Shown here one piece after another: positions 34,358 to 43,268 of a stretch of DNA of 64,000 nt. How positions within the stretch are numbered: the first letter of the stretch is position 1; every line of letters starts with the position of its first letter. Both the position numbers and the translations under genes were made by a program. The notes beneath the pieces were generated by a model. The model did no database searches, was not told where the DNA came from, and saw only the letters and a list, made by a program, of their open reading frames with translations. The DNA comes from an uncultured Anaerolineae bacterium (GTDB lineage Bacteria; Chloroflexota; Anaerolineae; VGOG01). The stretch covers positions 12,158-76,157 of the forward strand of contig CAYMKL010000010.1 in the NCBI GenBank assembly GCA_964390805.1, read 5' to 3'.

Positions 34358-35232
34358 GACAAATCGTGATCCTGAGTGGTAAAGGAGGCACAGGCAAAAC
34401 GACAGTGACTGCGGCGCTGGCCCATCTGGCCTCGCAGGAAGCCTCCATCGTGCTGGCCGACGCCGACGTGGATGCGGCCAACCTGGAACTGGTGCTCTCG
34501 CCCCAGGTCCAGGAGGAGGGTGAGTTCATCGGTGGTGGGGTGGCGGTGATTGATGTGGAGCTGTGCACTGCCTGCGGGATCTGCCATGATGTCTGCCGCT
34601 TCGAGGCCATCGTCCCCGGCGACGAGGTGTACGCTGTGGATGACCTCGGCTGTGAGGGTTGCGGCGCTTGCGTATACGCCTGCCCGGTGGAGGCGATTGA
34701 GATGCAGGAGCAGTTGGACGGGAAGTGGTTCCGCTCCCAGGCCCGCTACGGTCCGTTGTTCCACGCCCATCTCTTCGCCGCGCGGGAGAACTCGGGCAAG
34801 CTGGTGACGCTGATCAAAAACGAGGCCCGTGATCTGGCCCCGGAACGGGGGGCTGACTACCTGCTGGTGGATGGCCCGCCGGGCATCGGCTGCCCGGTCA
34901 TCGCCGCCATCTCCGGCACGGACCTGACCCTCCTGGTCACCGAACCTACAGTGTCCGGGGCGCACGACCTGGAACGTATCGTAGGCGTGGCCCAGCACTT
35001 CGGAGTTCCAGCCGCGGTCTGCATCAACAAGTATGACCTGAACCTCGCCAAAACCGAGGAGATCGCCGCCTGGTGTGCTGCACAAGGGGTGCCGATCGTG
35101 GGAAGGATCCCTTTTGACCACGAGGTTACGCGGGCCATGGTGCAGGGAAAACCCATCACCGAACACGCCGATGGAGCGGTAGCTGAGGAGCTTCGACGGG
35201 TTTGGGCTTGGCTCAAGGCGAGGTTTGACTAA
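34354..35232 (+). CDS. second MinD-ferredoxin ATPase (COG1149-type), translationally coupled
   Basis: 'IVILSGKGGTGKTTVTAALA'. 'CTACGICHDVCRFEAI...CEGCGACVYACPVEAI'. Start overlaps the previous stop. Confidence 0.85.
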   Translation: MRQIVILSGKGGTGKTTVTAALAHLASQEASIVLADADVDAANLELVLSPQVQEEGEFIGGGVAVIDVELCTACGICHDVCRFEAIVPGDEVYAVDDLGCEGCGACVYACPVEAIEMQEQLDGKWFRSQARYGPLFHAHLFAARENSGKLVTLIKNEARDLAPERGADYLLVDGPPGIGCPVIAAISGTDLTLLVTEPTVSGAHDLERIVGVAQHFGVPAAVCINKYDLNLAKTEEIAAWCAAQGVPIVGRIPFDHEVTRAMVQGKPITEHADGAVAEELRRVWAWLKARFD

Positions 35233-35241
35233 GGGGAGCAA

Positions 35242-35898
35242 ATGGCGATCAAAGAGAAGGTGAACACGCTTCTTGAGGAGTTGCCCGATGGAGTAGAGTT
35301 AGTTGGCGCTGCTAAGGGCCGAACTGCCCGCGAGATCGAGGAGGCGATAGATGCCGGCTTGGAGATCGTTGGGGAGAACTATATCCAGGAGACCCTGCCA
35401 GTTCAAAACCGTGTGAGCAGAGATGTGGAATGGCATTTCATCGGGCATCTGCAGAGGAACAAGGTGAAGCAGGCGGTGGGGATATTCGATATGATAGAGA
35501 GCCTGGACTCCCTCCGGCTGGCGGAGGAGATAGACAGGAGATGCGAGAGGATCGACAAGGTGATGCCCGTGCTAGTAGAGGTAAACAGTGGCAGAGAGGA
35601 GCAGAAATTCGGGGTGTTGCCGGAAGATGTCGAAGAGCTTGTCAGGAAAGCCTCGACTCTTCCAAACATCAAGATAATGGGGCTGATGACCATGGGCCCT
35701 CGCTTCGGCAACCCTGAGGACTCGCGTCCCTATTTTATCAAGACAAGAGAGATTTTCGAAAAGATTAAGCGACTTAACTTGCCAAACGTTGAAATGAGGT
35801 ATCTTTCTATGGGTATGACAAATTCCTACCGCGTTGCCCTGGAGGAAGGGGCTAACATGTTACGGATAGGAACCAAGGTATTCGGAGAGAGGAGGTGA
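35242..35898 (+). CDS. yggS: YggS/PLPHP-family pyridoxal-phosphate-binding protein
   Basis: 'LVGAAKGRTAREIEEAIDAGLEIVGENYIQE...WHFIGHLQRNKVKQAV...MGLMTMGP'. Confidence 0.85.
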   Translation: MAIKEKVNTLLEELPDGVELVGAAKGRTAREIEEAIDAGLEIVGENYIQETLPVQNRVSRDVEWHFIGHLQRNKVKQAVGIFDMIESLDSLRLAEEIDRRCERIDKVMPVLVEVNSGREEQKFGVLPEDVEELVRKASTLPNIKIMGLMTMGPRFGNPEDSRPYFIKTREIFEKIKRLNLPNVEMRYLSMGMTNSYRVALEEGANMLRIGTKVFGERR

Positions 35899-35903
35899 GC
35901 GAT

Positions 35904-36191
35904 ATGCCAGCTTTTGATGGAACCGGGCCTCGGGGCCTCGGCCCCATGACCGGCCACGGGGAGGGGTACTGCGCCATCGCGTTCCCCCCGCCCGGAACGG
36001 GGAAGGCGCCCTACGGATACGCGGGACTGGCGGGCACGCCGGTGCAGCCTGCCCTGGCGGGCAGTCCAGAGACGGGGGTTCCCTACGCTACGCCACCCGT
36101 TACCGCAACACCCTTTGTGCCTTTGTCTGCCCCACGGTTTGGCCGGGGATTGGGACGGCGCCGGGGTAGAGGTAGAGGAAGATGGCGATAG
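35904..36191 (+). CDS. DUF5320-like Gly/Pro-rich small protein (N-terminal MPxFDGTGP motif)
   Basis: 'MPAFDGTGPRGLGPMTGHGEGYCAIAF...RFGRGLGRRRGRGRGRWR'. RBS GAGGAGG upstream. Confidence 0.6.
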   Translation: MPAFDGTGPRGLGPMTGHGEGYCAIAFPPPGTGKAPYGYAGLAGTPVQPALAGSPETGVPYATPPVTATPFVPLSAPRFGRGLGRRRGRGRGRWR

Positions 36192-36244
36192 TGTGAAGTC
36201 GCCCACAATTATCTAAACTGATGTATTGGAAGGAGGTGAACAAG

Positions 36245-36566
36245 ATGCCAGGCTTTGATGGAACAGGACCGGGTGGTATGGGCCCCATGACTGGTGGCGG
36301 ACGGGGAAGGTGCAATCCGTACAGCCCCTTCTATCTATGCCGGATATGGCCCTTACCCCGCTTCCTATCCCTATCAGCCCTACACTCCGACGGGTACAGG
36401 CTACGCTCCTGTGGCTGGATGGCCAACTGGGGGCTATGGCTTCCAACCCTACGGAGGCTATCCCGGGCCTTACGGCTTTGGGCGTCCCCGATGGGGCATG
36501 CGAGGCTTCGGGGGCCGGGGCATGGGCTGGGGAGAGCGAGGTCGCGGCCGGGGACGTTGGTGGTAG
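36245..36566 (+). pseudogene. second DUF5320-like gene, apparently frameshifted near 36300-36310
   Basis: Frame 2 gives 'MPGFDGTGPGGMGPMTGGGRG' then nonsense. Frame 0 (GTG at 36294) gives the homologous remainder 'GEGAIRTAPSIYAGYGPYP...GFGGRGMGWGERGRGRGRWW'. The shift lies in the G-rich run 'ggcggacggggaagg'. Confidence 0.5.
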
Positions 36567-36628
36567 CAACTATTGACCACCTGACCAAGGACCAACTGAC
36601 TAACTGACCAAGAAGGAGGTGAATTTTA

Positions 36629-36991
36629 ATGGGAGGACACGGGCATCGCTGGATGTACTATGCCACCGGGCTTCCGGGCTGGATGCGCTTTGGCTATAGC
36701 CCAGGCTGGGTGGGCCGCAGTCCTACGGGGCTAGGCCCCTGCGCCGAGTACCTCACGACGGGACAGTGGCCCACGCCACAGATGGCCGCCGCCTGGGGGG
36801 GCGAACCATGGGCTTACGGCGCGCCGGCGCCCGGCGCCTGGCAGGCCGGACCCTGGGCTTATGGCGCTCCAGCGCCCGGCGCGATGCCGCGCGAGCAGGA
36901 GCTGCAGATGCTGAGGGATAACGCCGAAGCACTGAAGGCTCAGCTCGATCAGATCAGCGCGCGCATCGAGGAACTGGAAAAGGAGACATAG
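36629..36991 (+). CDS. Gly/Pro/Trp-rich protein with a C-terminal coiled-coil motif shared with the NifX-like proteins downstream (DUF5320 C-terminal-like)
   Basis: '...PREQELQMLRDNAEALKAQLDQISARIEELEKET'. Compare the tails of the 37138 and 37782 genes. Confidence 0.5.
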   Translation: MGGHGHRWMYYATGLPGWMRFGYSPGWVGRSPTGLGPCAEYLTTGQWPTPQMAAAWGGEPWAYGAPAPGAWQAGPWAYGAPAPGAMPREQELQMLRDNAEALKAQLDQISARIEELEKET

Positions 36992-37137
36992 CGATGGATA
37001 GCAGGGGGATAAAATTCGGGGCGGGTGAACAGAATCGGAAGACTCGCCACCCGCCCCGAGCCCCCAACCTGCACGGTGGTCTGACAACCGGCAGGAGAGG
37101 TACACCTAATCATACCGTCAATAAGGAGGAATTGCAA

Positions 37138-37779
37138 ATGAAGATCGTCGTCACATCCGATGGCGCGGACCTGGACGCGCCGGCCAGCCCAATCTTTGGG
37201 CGGTGCTCCACCTACATCTTCGTTAATACGGAGACCATGGAATTTGAGGTCGTTTCCAACCCGGCCATGTCCGCTCCTGGTGGGGCGGGAATCCAGGCGG
37301 CCCAATTTGTCATCGAGCAAGGCGCACAGGCAGTACTGACCGGCAACATGGGCCCCAATGCCTACAACGTTTTCCAGGCTGCCGGCGTACCCATCTACCT
37401 GCTCACGGGCGGGACAGTGAGAGAGGCAGTGGAGGCGTACAAGGCGGGAAGGCTGCAATCCGCCGCTGACGCCAGCGTCCAGGCGCACGCCGGGATGGGT
37501 ATGGGTCTTGGCATGGGCCGAGGGATGGGCATGGGCCGTGGCATGGGCCGGGGTATGGGCCGTGGCATGGGCATGGGCCAAGGCGCTTACGGAACAACGC
37601 CTCCGCCGCAGCCCGCGCCACCCGCTTCCCGCCCTTCGACAAGCCCTTCGTCAGGCTCAGGACCCAGCTCAGGACAGCGCGAGGAGGAGGTCATGGCCTT
37701 GAAGCAAACGGCCAGTGACTTGCGTCAGCAGTTGGCTCAGATCATGGAACGGCTCGATAAGCTGGAAAAGGAGAGCTAA
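37138..37779 (+). CDS. NifX/NafY/NifB-C-terminal-like (dinitrogenase FeMo-cofactor-binding fold, PF02579-like) protein with Gly/Met-rich repeat and coiled-coil tail
   Basis: 'MKIVVTSDGADLDAPASPIFGRCSTYIFVNTE...GAGIQAAQFVIEQGAQAVLTGNMGPNAYNVFQAAGVPIY'. Then '(GMGxGR)n' and '...LRQQLAQIMERLDKLEKES'. Confidence 0.7.
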   Translation: MKIVVTSDGADLDAPASPIFGRCSTYIFVNTETMEFEVVSNPAMSAPGGAGIQAAQFVIEQGAQAVLTGNMGPNAYNVFQAAGVPIYLLTGGTVREAVEAYKAGRLQSAADASVQAHAGMGMGLGMGRGMGMGRGMGRGMGRGMGMGQGAYGTTPPPQPAPPASRPSTSPSSGSGPSSGQREEEVMALKQTASDLRQQLAQIMERLDKLEKES

Positions 37780-37781
37780 TA

Positions 37782-38288
37782 ATGCGCATTGCGATATCAG
37801 CCGATGACAACAATGGCCTCGATAGCGTGGTTAGCCCTCACTTCGGTCGCTGCCCGCACTACATCCTGGCGGACCTGGACGGTCAGGAGATCCAGGCCGT
37901 CCAGGCTGTGGATAATCCCTACCACGGCCGGCACGCGCCGGGGCAGGTGCCGGGCTTCATCCACAGCCAGGGAGTGCACGTGATGCTCACTGGCGGGATG
38001 GGAGGGCGAGCCATCGGCTTCTTTGAGCAGTATGGCATCGAGGCCGTGACCGGCGCGTCGGGCACGGTGCGCTATGCCCTGGAACGCTACCTGGGCGGCC
38101 AACTGAAGGGTGTCGAACCCTGTCACGAGAGCATTGAGCACGGCCACGGAGAGCTTGACCTGAGCGCCGCTTCGCTTGCGGTCGAAGGGTACGAGCAGGA
38201 CGAAGTAGGCCGCCTGCGCGAGGAAGCCGAGATGCTGCGTCGCCAACTGGGCGAGGTGACGGCTCGGCTGGATAAGCTAGGGAAATAG
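37782..38288 (+). CDS. second NifX/NafY-like (PF02579-like) protein with coiled-coil tail
   Basis: 'MRIAISADDNNGLDSVVSPHFGRCPHYILADLDG...HVMLTGGMGGRAIGFFEQYGIEAV'. C-terminal 'LREEAEMLRRQLGEVTARLDKLGK'. Confidence 0.7.
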   Translation: MRIAISADDNNGLDSVVSPHFGRCPHYILADLDGQEIQAVQAVDNPYHGRHAPGQVPGFIHSQGVHVMLTGGMGGRAIGFFEQYGIEAVTGASGTVRYALERYLGGQLKGVEPCHESIEHGHGELDLSAASLAVEGYEQDEVGRLREEAEMLRRQLGEVTARLDKLGK

Positions 38289-38412
38289 CGCAAGGCAGGA
38301 TGTACCGCATCGCCGATCTGAAAATTACTCACCTGCTCCCGCTAGACCCTAGTCCAGCGGCCTCCTGTTGCCCGAGGAATATCGAAGGGTCTATAGCCAG
38401 AAGGAAATTGAT

Positions 38413-38985
38413 ATGTCTGGAAAAGGAATTGATGTCAGGACGATAGCCATCACCGGCATCATGATCGCAGTGGTGGCTGTATTCACCCGATCTATCATAG
38501 TCCCCATCGGCACCGGGTTTTTCAACTTCTCCGATGTGGCTATCTACTTCGCCGCCTTCGCCTTCGGGCCCTGGATCGGGTTTGTAGCGGGAGGGGTAGG
38601 GGCTGCTCTGGCGGACATCAGCCTGGGTTACAGCCAGTTCGCTCTCCTGACCTTCTTCGCTCATGGCCTGGAGGGCTTGGTAGCCGGTTACCTGGGCTGG
38701 GAGGGGAGCCGGATCGCCCGCTTCGTGGGCAAGGGAGATGTCCGTTTGCGGATGTTTCTGGGCTGGCTGGCGGGAACGGTGGTGATGGTGGGACTCTATT
38801 TCGTGGGGGAGGCTGCCGTGCCGGCCATGTGGGGAGGTCTGCCCCAGGCTCTCACCGAGTGGCCTTTCAACTTGCTGCAGAACGTGGCTGGCGGCATCGT
38901 TGGGATTCCTCTGGTGCTGGCTGTGCGCAGGGCCTATCCCCCCATCACTCGGATGGGCTTGGGGGCAACCTGGAAGGAGCGCTAG
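38413..38985 (+). CDS. ECF-transporter S-component-like polytopic membrane protein
   Basis: About 190 aa with 5-6 TM helices. 'FNFSDVAIYFAAFAFGPWIGFVAGGVGAALADI'. Confidence 0.5.
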   Translation: MSGKGIDVRTIAITGIMIAVVAVFTRSIIVPIGTGFFNFSDVAIYFAAFAFGPWIGFVAGGVGAALADISLGYSQFALLTFFAHGLEGLVAGYLGWEGSRIARFVGKGDVRLRMFLGWLAGTVVMVGLYFVGEAAVPAMWGGLPQALTEWPFNLLQNVAGGIVGIPLVLAVRRAYPPITRMGLGATWKER

Positions 38986-38998
38986 AGGTGATAAACCA

Positions 38999-39418
38999 AT
39001 GCTGACCATCGAGTTGAACCGCTGCGACGGCTGCAGCGCCTGCGTGGAGGTCTGTCCTGAAGGAGCCATCTCTTTGGTCAATGGAGTGGCGAGGATAGAT
39101 TCAGGCTCCTGCACCGAGTGTGAGGCCTGCGTCCAGGCTTGCCCCACCGGGGCGATCCGGGTGGCTAGGCCGATCGCCGTCAGGGAGGAGGCGACGACTG
39201 CTGTGGCAGAGAGGCTCCGGCCCAGCACACTGGCAACGCTGGCCGGCGCGGCCCTCAGCTTCATAGGAAGCCAGCTCTTGCCCCGCGCAGCCGATGCCAT
39301 CGTCAACGCCCTGGACAAGCGACTCAGCGAAGAGCCTGCAGCCGAATCCCGCGAAGCAGTGCCGAGCACAGGGAAGCAGGGTAGTCGTCGCCACCGAAGA
39401 CGTGGAGGGCGAGGATGA
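38999..39418 (+). CDS. 2x[4Fe-4S] ferredoxin-domain protein with a disordered Arg-rich C-terminal tail (paralog at 45176..45727)
   Basis: 'CDGCSACVEVCPEGAI...CTECEACVQACPTGAI'. '...AADAIVNALDKRL...RRHRRRGGRG'. Confidence 0.75.
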   Translation: MLTIELNRCDGCSACVEVCPEGAISLVNGVARIDSGSCTECEACVQACPTGAIRVARPIAVREEATTAVAERLRPSTLATLAGAALSFIGSQLLPRAADAIVNALDKRLSEEPAAESREAVPSTGKQGSRRHRRRGGRG

Positions 39419-40164
39419 TCGTTCTCAAATCCTCCCGCGAGTTGGCGCTCATGCGCCAGGCGGGCCGCATCGTGGCCCAGGTCCACGAGCGCTTCCGGGA
39501 GGTGGTGCGCCCAGGGATCACCACCGCAGATCTGGAGAAAGTCGCCTCCCGTATCATCGAGCAAGAGGGGGCGATTCCCTCTTTCAAGGGATACCGAGGC
39601 TTTCCAGCCGCCATCTGCGCCTCGATCAACGAGGAGATAGTGCACGGCATCCCCAGCCCCGAGCGGGTGCTGAAGGAAGGCGACATCATCAGCCTCGATG
39701 TGGGCACTATCTACAAAGGTTATCAGGGGGACGCGGCTATCACCCTGCCGGTGGGCGAGGTGGATGAGGAGGTTCGACGCCTTTTGCAGGTGACCCAAGG
39801 CGCGCTGAAGGTGGGCATCGCCCAATCCCGCGCCGGCAAGCGGCTGGGCGATATCTCCGCAGCTATCCAGCGCTATGCAGAGGTCAATGGCTTCAACGTG
39901 GTGCGGGAGTACACGGGCCACGGCATCGGTCAGGAGATGCACGAGGATCCGCAGATTCCCAACTTCGGGCGACCCAATCGGGGGCCGCGCTTGCGGCCGG
40001 GCATGACCTTCGCCCTGGAGCCGATGGTCATGACAGGGGACTGGCGGACGAGGACGCTGTCCAATAACTGGACGGTGGTCACCGCCGACGGCTCGCTTTC
40101 CGCTCACTTCGAACACACCATAGCCGTTACCAACGGCGAGCCGGAGATCCTCACGCAATTGTAA
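39415..40164 (+). CDS. map: type I methionine aminopeptidase
   Basis: 'IVLKSSRELALMRQAGRIVAQVH...ICASINEEIVHGIP...ISLDVGTIYKGYQGD...EYTGHGIGQEMHEDPQIPN'. Confidence 0.95.
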   Translation: MIVLKSSRELALMRQAGRIVAQVHERFREVVRPGITTADLEKVASRIIEQEGAIPSFKGYRGFPAAICASINEEIVHGIPSPERVLKEGDIISLDVGTIYKGYQGDAAITLPVGEVDEEVRRLLQVTQGALKVGIAQSRAGKRLGDISAAIQRYAEVNGFNVVREYTGHGIGQEMHEDPQIPNFGRPNRGPRLRPGMTFALEPMVMTGDWRTRTLSNNWTVVTADGSLSAHFEHTIAVTNGEPEILTQL

Positions 40165-40176
40165 GGAGGAAAGGAT

Positions 40177-40887
40177 TTGAGAACGGTTGGCATCGTAGGA
40201 TACAAGGACAGCGGCAAGACCACGTTGACCCACGCCCTGGTCCGCGAGTTGACCCGGCGGGGCCACGAGGTGGCCGTGATCAAGCACACGTCCCACCGCC
40301 TGGACCTCCCAGGGAAGGACACCGCTACGCTGGGAGAAGCCGTCAGCCGGGTGGGGTTCATCTCGCCTCAGGAGTCGGGGGTCTTCTGGAAGAAGCCGCT
40401 GAGCCTGGAGAACATCATCCCCTATCTGGAGGCGGACATCCTCCTCATTGAGGGCTTCAAGGCGGAGAAGACCTTCCCCAAAATCATCTGCCTACGGGGA
40501 GAGCTGGATGATCAGGATCTCTTCGACGGCCTGGCCATCTGCGCCGTGGGCCCCGCTTCTGAGGCGTGCGAACTCGACGTCCCCCACTTGAGCCTGGACG
40601 AGATAGGCAAAATCGCCGACCTGGTAGAGGAGAAAGCGTTCAAGCTGCCCAATCTCGACTGTGGAAGCTGCGGGTTCGAGACTTGTTACGAGTTAGCTCG
40701 CGAGATTGTCAAGGGTAACAGGGATGTGGAGGACTGCGTCTCCCTGCAGCCGATGACGGAGGTGAGAATAGATGGGGAGCTGATGCCCATGAATCCCTTT
40801 ATCTCCGACATTGTGAGAGGCACTATCCTGGGGATGCTGTCACCGCTCAAAGGATTTAAGAAGGGAAAGATCGAGATCAGGATCTGA
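40177..40887 (+). CDS. mobB: molybdopterin-guanine dinucleotide biosynthesis protein MobB with a C-terminal Cys-containing extension
   Basis: P-loop 'VGIVGYKDSGKTTL', '...VAVIKHTSH'. C-terminal 'LDCGSCGFETCYELA'. Confidence 0.8.
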   Translation: MRTVGIVGYKDSGKTTLTHALVRELTRRGHEVAVIKHTSHRLDLPGKDTATLGEAVSRVGFISPQESGVFWKKPLSLENIIPYLEADILLIEGFKAEKTFPKIICLRGELDDQDLFDGLAICAVGPASEACELDVPHLSLDEIGKIADLVEEKAFKLPNLDCGSCGFETCYELAREIVKGNRDVEDCVSLQPMTEVRIDGELMPMNPFISDIVRGTILGMLSPLKGFKKGKIEIRI

Positions 40888-41336
40888 TGGAGCACCAGGA
40901 AGAGACAACTGACTTCGACCGCATGGTGGCGGAGCTGCAGAGAGAGATCATCGAACAGGCGCGGGCGATTTATTCGGCCAAGGTCATTGAGGAGTTCTAC
41001 AATCCCAAGAACCTGGGCCGTATGTCTGTGCCTGATGCTTGTGGAATCGTACATGGCTGGTGCGGCGACACGATGGAGATCTACCTGCAGTTGAACGGGG
41101 ATAGGATCAGAGAGGCCACTTTCATGACCGATGGCTGCGGACCGTCGGTGGCTTGTGGAAGTATGCTCACCACGATGGCACGGGGGATGTCGCTGGAGGA
41201 AGCGAGCGAGATCACGCCGCAAGACCTGCTCGCTGCCTTGGGTGGCCTGCCTGAGGAAAGCGTCCACTGCGCCGAACTGGCGGTGAGCACGCTGCGAGAG
41301 GCCATCGCCAATTGGCATGTAGAAGACAGGGCGTGA
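40887..41336 (+). CDS. NifU/IscU N-terminal-domain-like Fe-S cluster scaffold protein
   Basis: 'YNPKNLGRMSVPDACGIVHGWCGDTMEIYLQ...ATFMTDGCGPSVACGS...VHCAELAVSTLREAI'. Confidence 0.8.
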   Translation: MEHQEETTDFDRMVAELQREIIEQARAIYSAKVIEEFYNPKNLGRMSVPDACGIVHGWCGDTMEIYLQLNGDRIREATFMTDGCGPSVACGSMLTTMARGMSLEEASEITPQDLLAALGGLPEESVHCAELAVSTLREAIANWHVEDRA

Positions 41337-41351
41337 AACAAGGAGGTTAGC

Positions 41352-41840
41352 TTGGCCGTGAGTGGAATGTCGGACTACTTCGTTCGCCTGCGGAACTGCA
41401 TAGGGCACGATCCACTGTTGCATCCCGCTGCTGCTGCCTGTATCCGCGACGAGCAGGGTCGTATCCTGCTCCTGCGGCGCAGCGACGGCATCAATCTGTG
41501 GAGCTTTCCCGGCGGAGCGATGGAGCTGGGCGAGCGTGCCGGCGAGGCGGTGATACGCGAAGTGCACGAGGAGACAGGGTTGGAAGTGGAGCCGGTGGCG
41601 CTCATCGGCGTCTACTCCAACCCCGATTATGCCATCACGTATCCCAACGGCGACCAGGTCCAGCCGGTGATACTCTTCTTCGAGTGTCGGGTGGTGGGCG
41701 GCACGCTCCAGCCGGACATGGAGGAGATCGTGGGGGCGCGTTACTTTGGCCCGCACGATGAGCTGCCGCCGATGTTCCCCTGCTGCGTCGCCAAGGCCCG
41801 CGATGCGTTCATTTTCAACGGGCGGGCTTTCTTCCGCTAA
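41352..41840 (+). CDS. NUDIX hydrolase
   Basis: Nudix box 'GGAMELGERAGEAVIREVHEETGLEV'. Confidence 0.85.
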   Translation: MAVSGMSDYFVRLRNCIGHDPLLHPAAAACIRDEQGRILLLRRSDGINLWSFPGGAMELGERAGEAVIREVHEETGLEVEPVALIGVYSNPDYAITYPNGDQVQPVILFFECRVVGGTLQPDMEEIVGARYFGPHDELPPMFPCCVAKARDAFIFNGRAFFR

Positions 41841-41916
41841 CATCACACTTTTTGCCAATATGCACACTTTGCCCATAATACACTAACTCAAGATTAAGGA
41901 AAGGACTACAAACAAA

Positions 41917-43266
41917 ATGAAGCAAGCTGATATCGTCGTCATCGGAGGAAGTGCTGCCGGTCTGACCGCTGCGATTACGGCACGGCGGCACTATCCAGAC
42001 AAAAGGATCCTCATGGTGCGCAAGGAGAAGCAGGTTCTGATACCGTGCGGTATTCCTTACATCTTTGGCACCGTGGAGAGCCCTCAGAAGAACCTCATCG
42101 GTGATGCAGTGCTCGAAAAGAACAACATTGAGCTACTCCTCGCCGAGGCCACGGACATGGACCGAGAAAGGAAAGTGCTTCACACCACTGAAGGCGATGT
42201 GGGCTACGAACGGCTCATCGTCGCCACCGGCTCAAGGCCCGCCATGCCGCCGATACCGGGGTTTGACCTGGACGGCGTGTACGCGGTGGTCAAGGATGTT
42301 GAATATCTGAGCGGACTTCAGCAGCGACTCGAACCGGTCGAGGACGTGGTCATCATCGGGGGCGGCTTCATCGGCATTGAGCTTGGGGACGAGATCAACA
42401 AGGCGGGTGACAAGAACGTCACCATCGTTGAGATGTTGCCGCATTGCCTGGCTCTGGCCTATGATGAAGAACTTTGCATCGAGATGGAAAAAGTGCTCGA
42501 ATCGCGGGGGATCAACATCCGCACCTCTTCCAGAGTGGAGAAGATCGCCGGCGATGGCAAGGTGGAAAAGGTCGTTCTTTCCGATGGCAACGAGATCAAG
42601 GCCGATGTCGTGATCCTGGGCATCGGAGCCGTGGCCAACGTGGATATGGCCCGAAAAGCCGGGCTGCGCATCGGCCTGACGGGCAGCATCGCGGTGGATC
42701 GGACGATGCAGACGTCCGATGCCAACATCTACGCTTGCGGGGACTGCGCCGAAAAGATCTCGTTCTTCGGTGGAAGGCCCTCGCCGCTCAAGCTGGCCTC
42801 CATCGCTACGTTGGAGGCGCGCATCGCCGGAGCTAACCTATTTGGCATCAGGCGTGAGAACATCGGCACGGTAGGTGTCTGGTCAACGGCGGTGGGGAAT
42901 CACGCGCTGGCCACCGCCGGATTGACCGAGGGAATGGCCAGGAAGCGTGGTTACGATGTGGTTGCCGTCACCATTCAAGGTCCCAATCGTCACCCTGGCC
43001 TCATGCCGGGCGCGGTGAACACCAGGCTAAAATTAGTGTTCGAGCGGAACTCCGGCGTAATTCTGGGCGGGCAAGTTATGGGCGGCGCGGCGGCGGGCGA
43101 GGTCATCAATGCCATCTCCGCCTGCGTGCAGAACCGCATGACCGCCGAGGACATTGCCATGTTCCAGGCGGGCACTCACCCTGCGTTGACCGCCTCACCT
43201 ATCGCCTATCACATGGTGAATGCCGCCGAGATGGCCATACAGCAGATGCACGAGCAGGGAGGGTAG
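41917..43266 (+). CDS. FAD-dependent pyridine nucleotide-disulfide oxidoreductase (CoA-disulfide reductase / NADH oxidase family)
   Basis: 'IVVIGGSAAGLTAA', redox Cys in 'LIPCGIPY', second Rossmann 'VVIIGGGFIGIELG'. 449 aa. Confidence 0.85.
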   Translation: MKQADIVVIGGSAAGLTAAITARRHYPDKRILMVRKEKQVLIPCGIPYIFGTVESPQKNLIGDAVLEKNNIELLLAEATDMDRERKVLHTTEGDVGYERLIVATGSRPAMPPIPGFDLDGVYAVVKDVEYLSGLQQRLEPVEDVVIIGGGFIGIELGDEINKAGDKNVTIVEMLPHCLALAYDEELCIEMEKVLESRGINIRTSSRVEKIAGDGKVEKVVLSDGNEIKADVVILGIGAVANVDMARKAGLRIGLTGSIAVDRTMQTSDANIYACGDCAEKISFFGGRPSPLKLASIATLEARIAGANLFGIRRENIGTVGVWSTAVGNHALATAGLTEGMARKRGYDVVAVTIQGPNRHPGLMPGAVNTRLKLVFERNSGVILGGQVMGGAAAGEVINAISACVQNRMTAEDIAMFQAGTHPALTASPIAYHMVNAAEMAIQQMHEQGG

Positions 43267-43268
43267 TT

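Noticed and set aside
38329-40296. 655-aa minus-strand ORF spanning five plus-strand genes
   Set aside because: It overlaps the ECF-like, ferredoxin, map and mobB genes, all of which have strong motifs. The translation is low-complexity and has no recognisable domain. It is a GC artefact.
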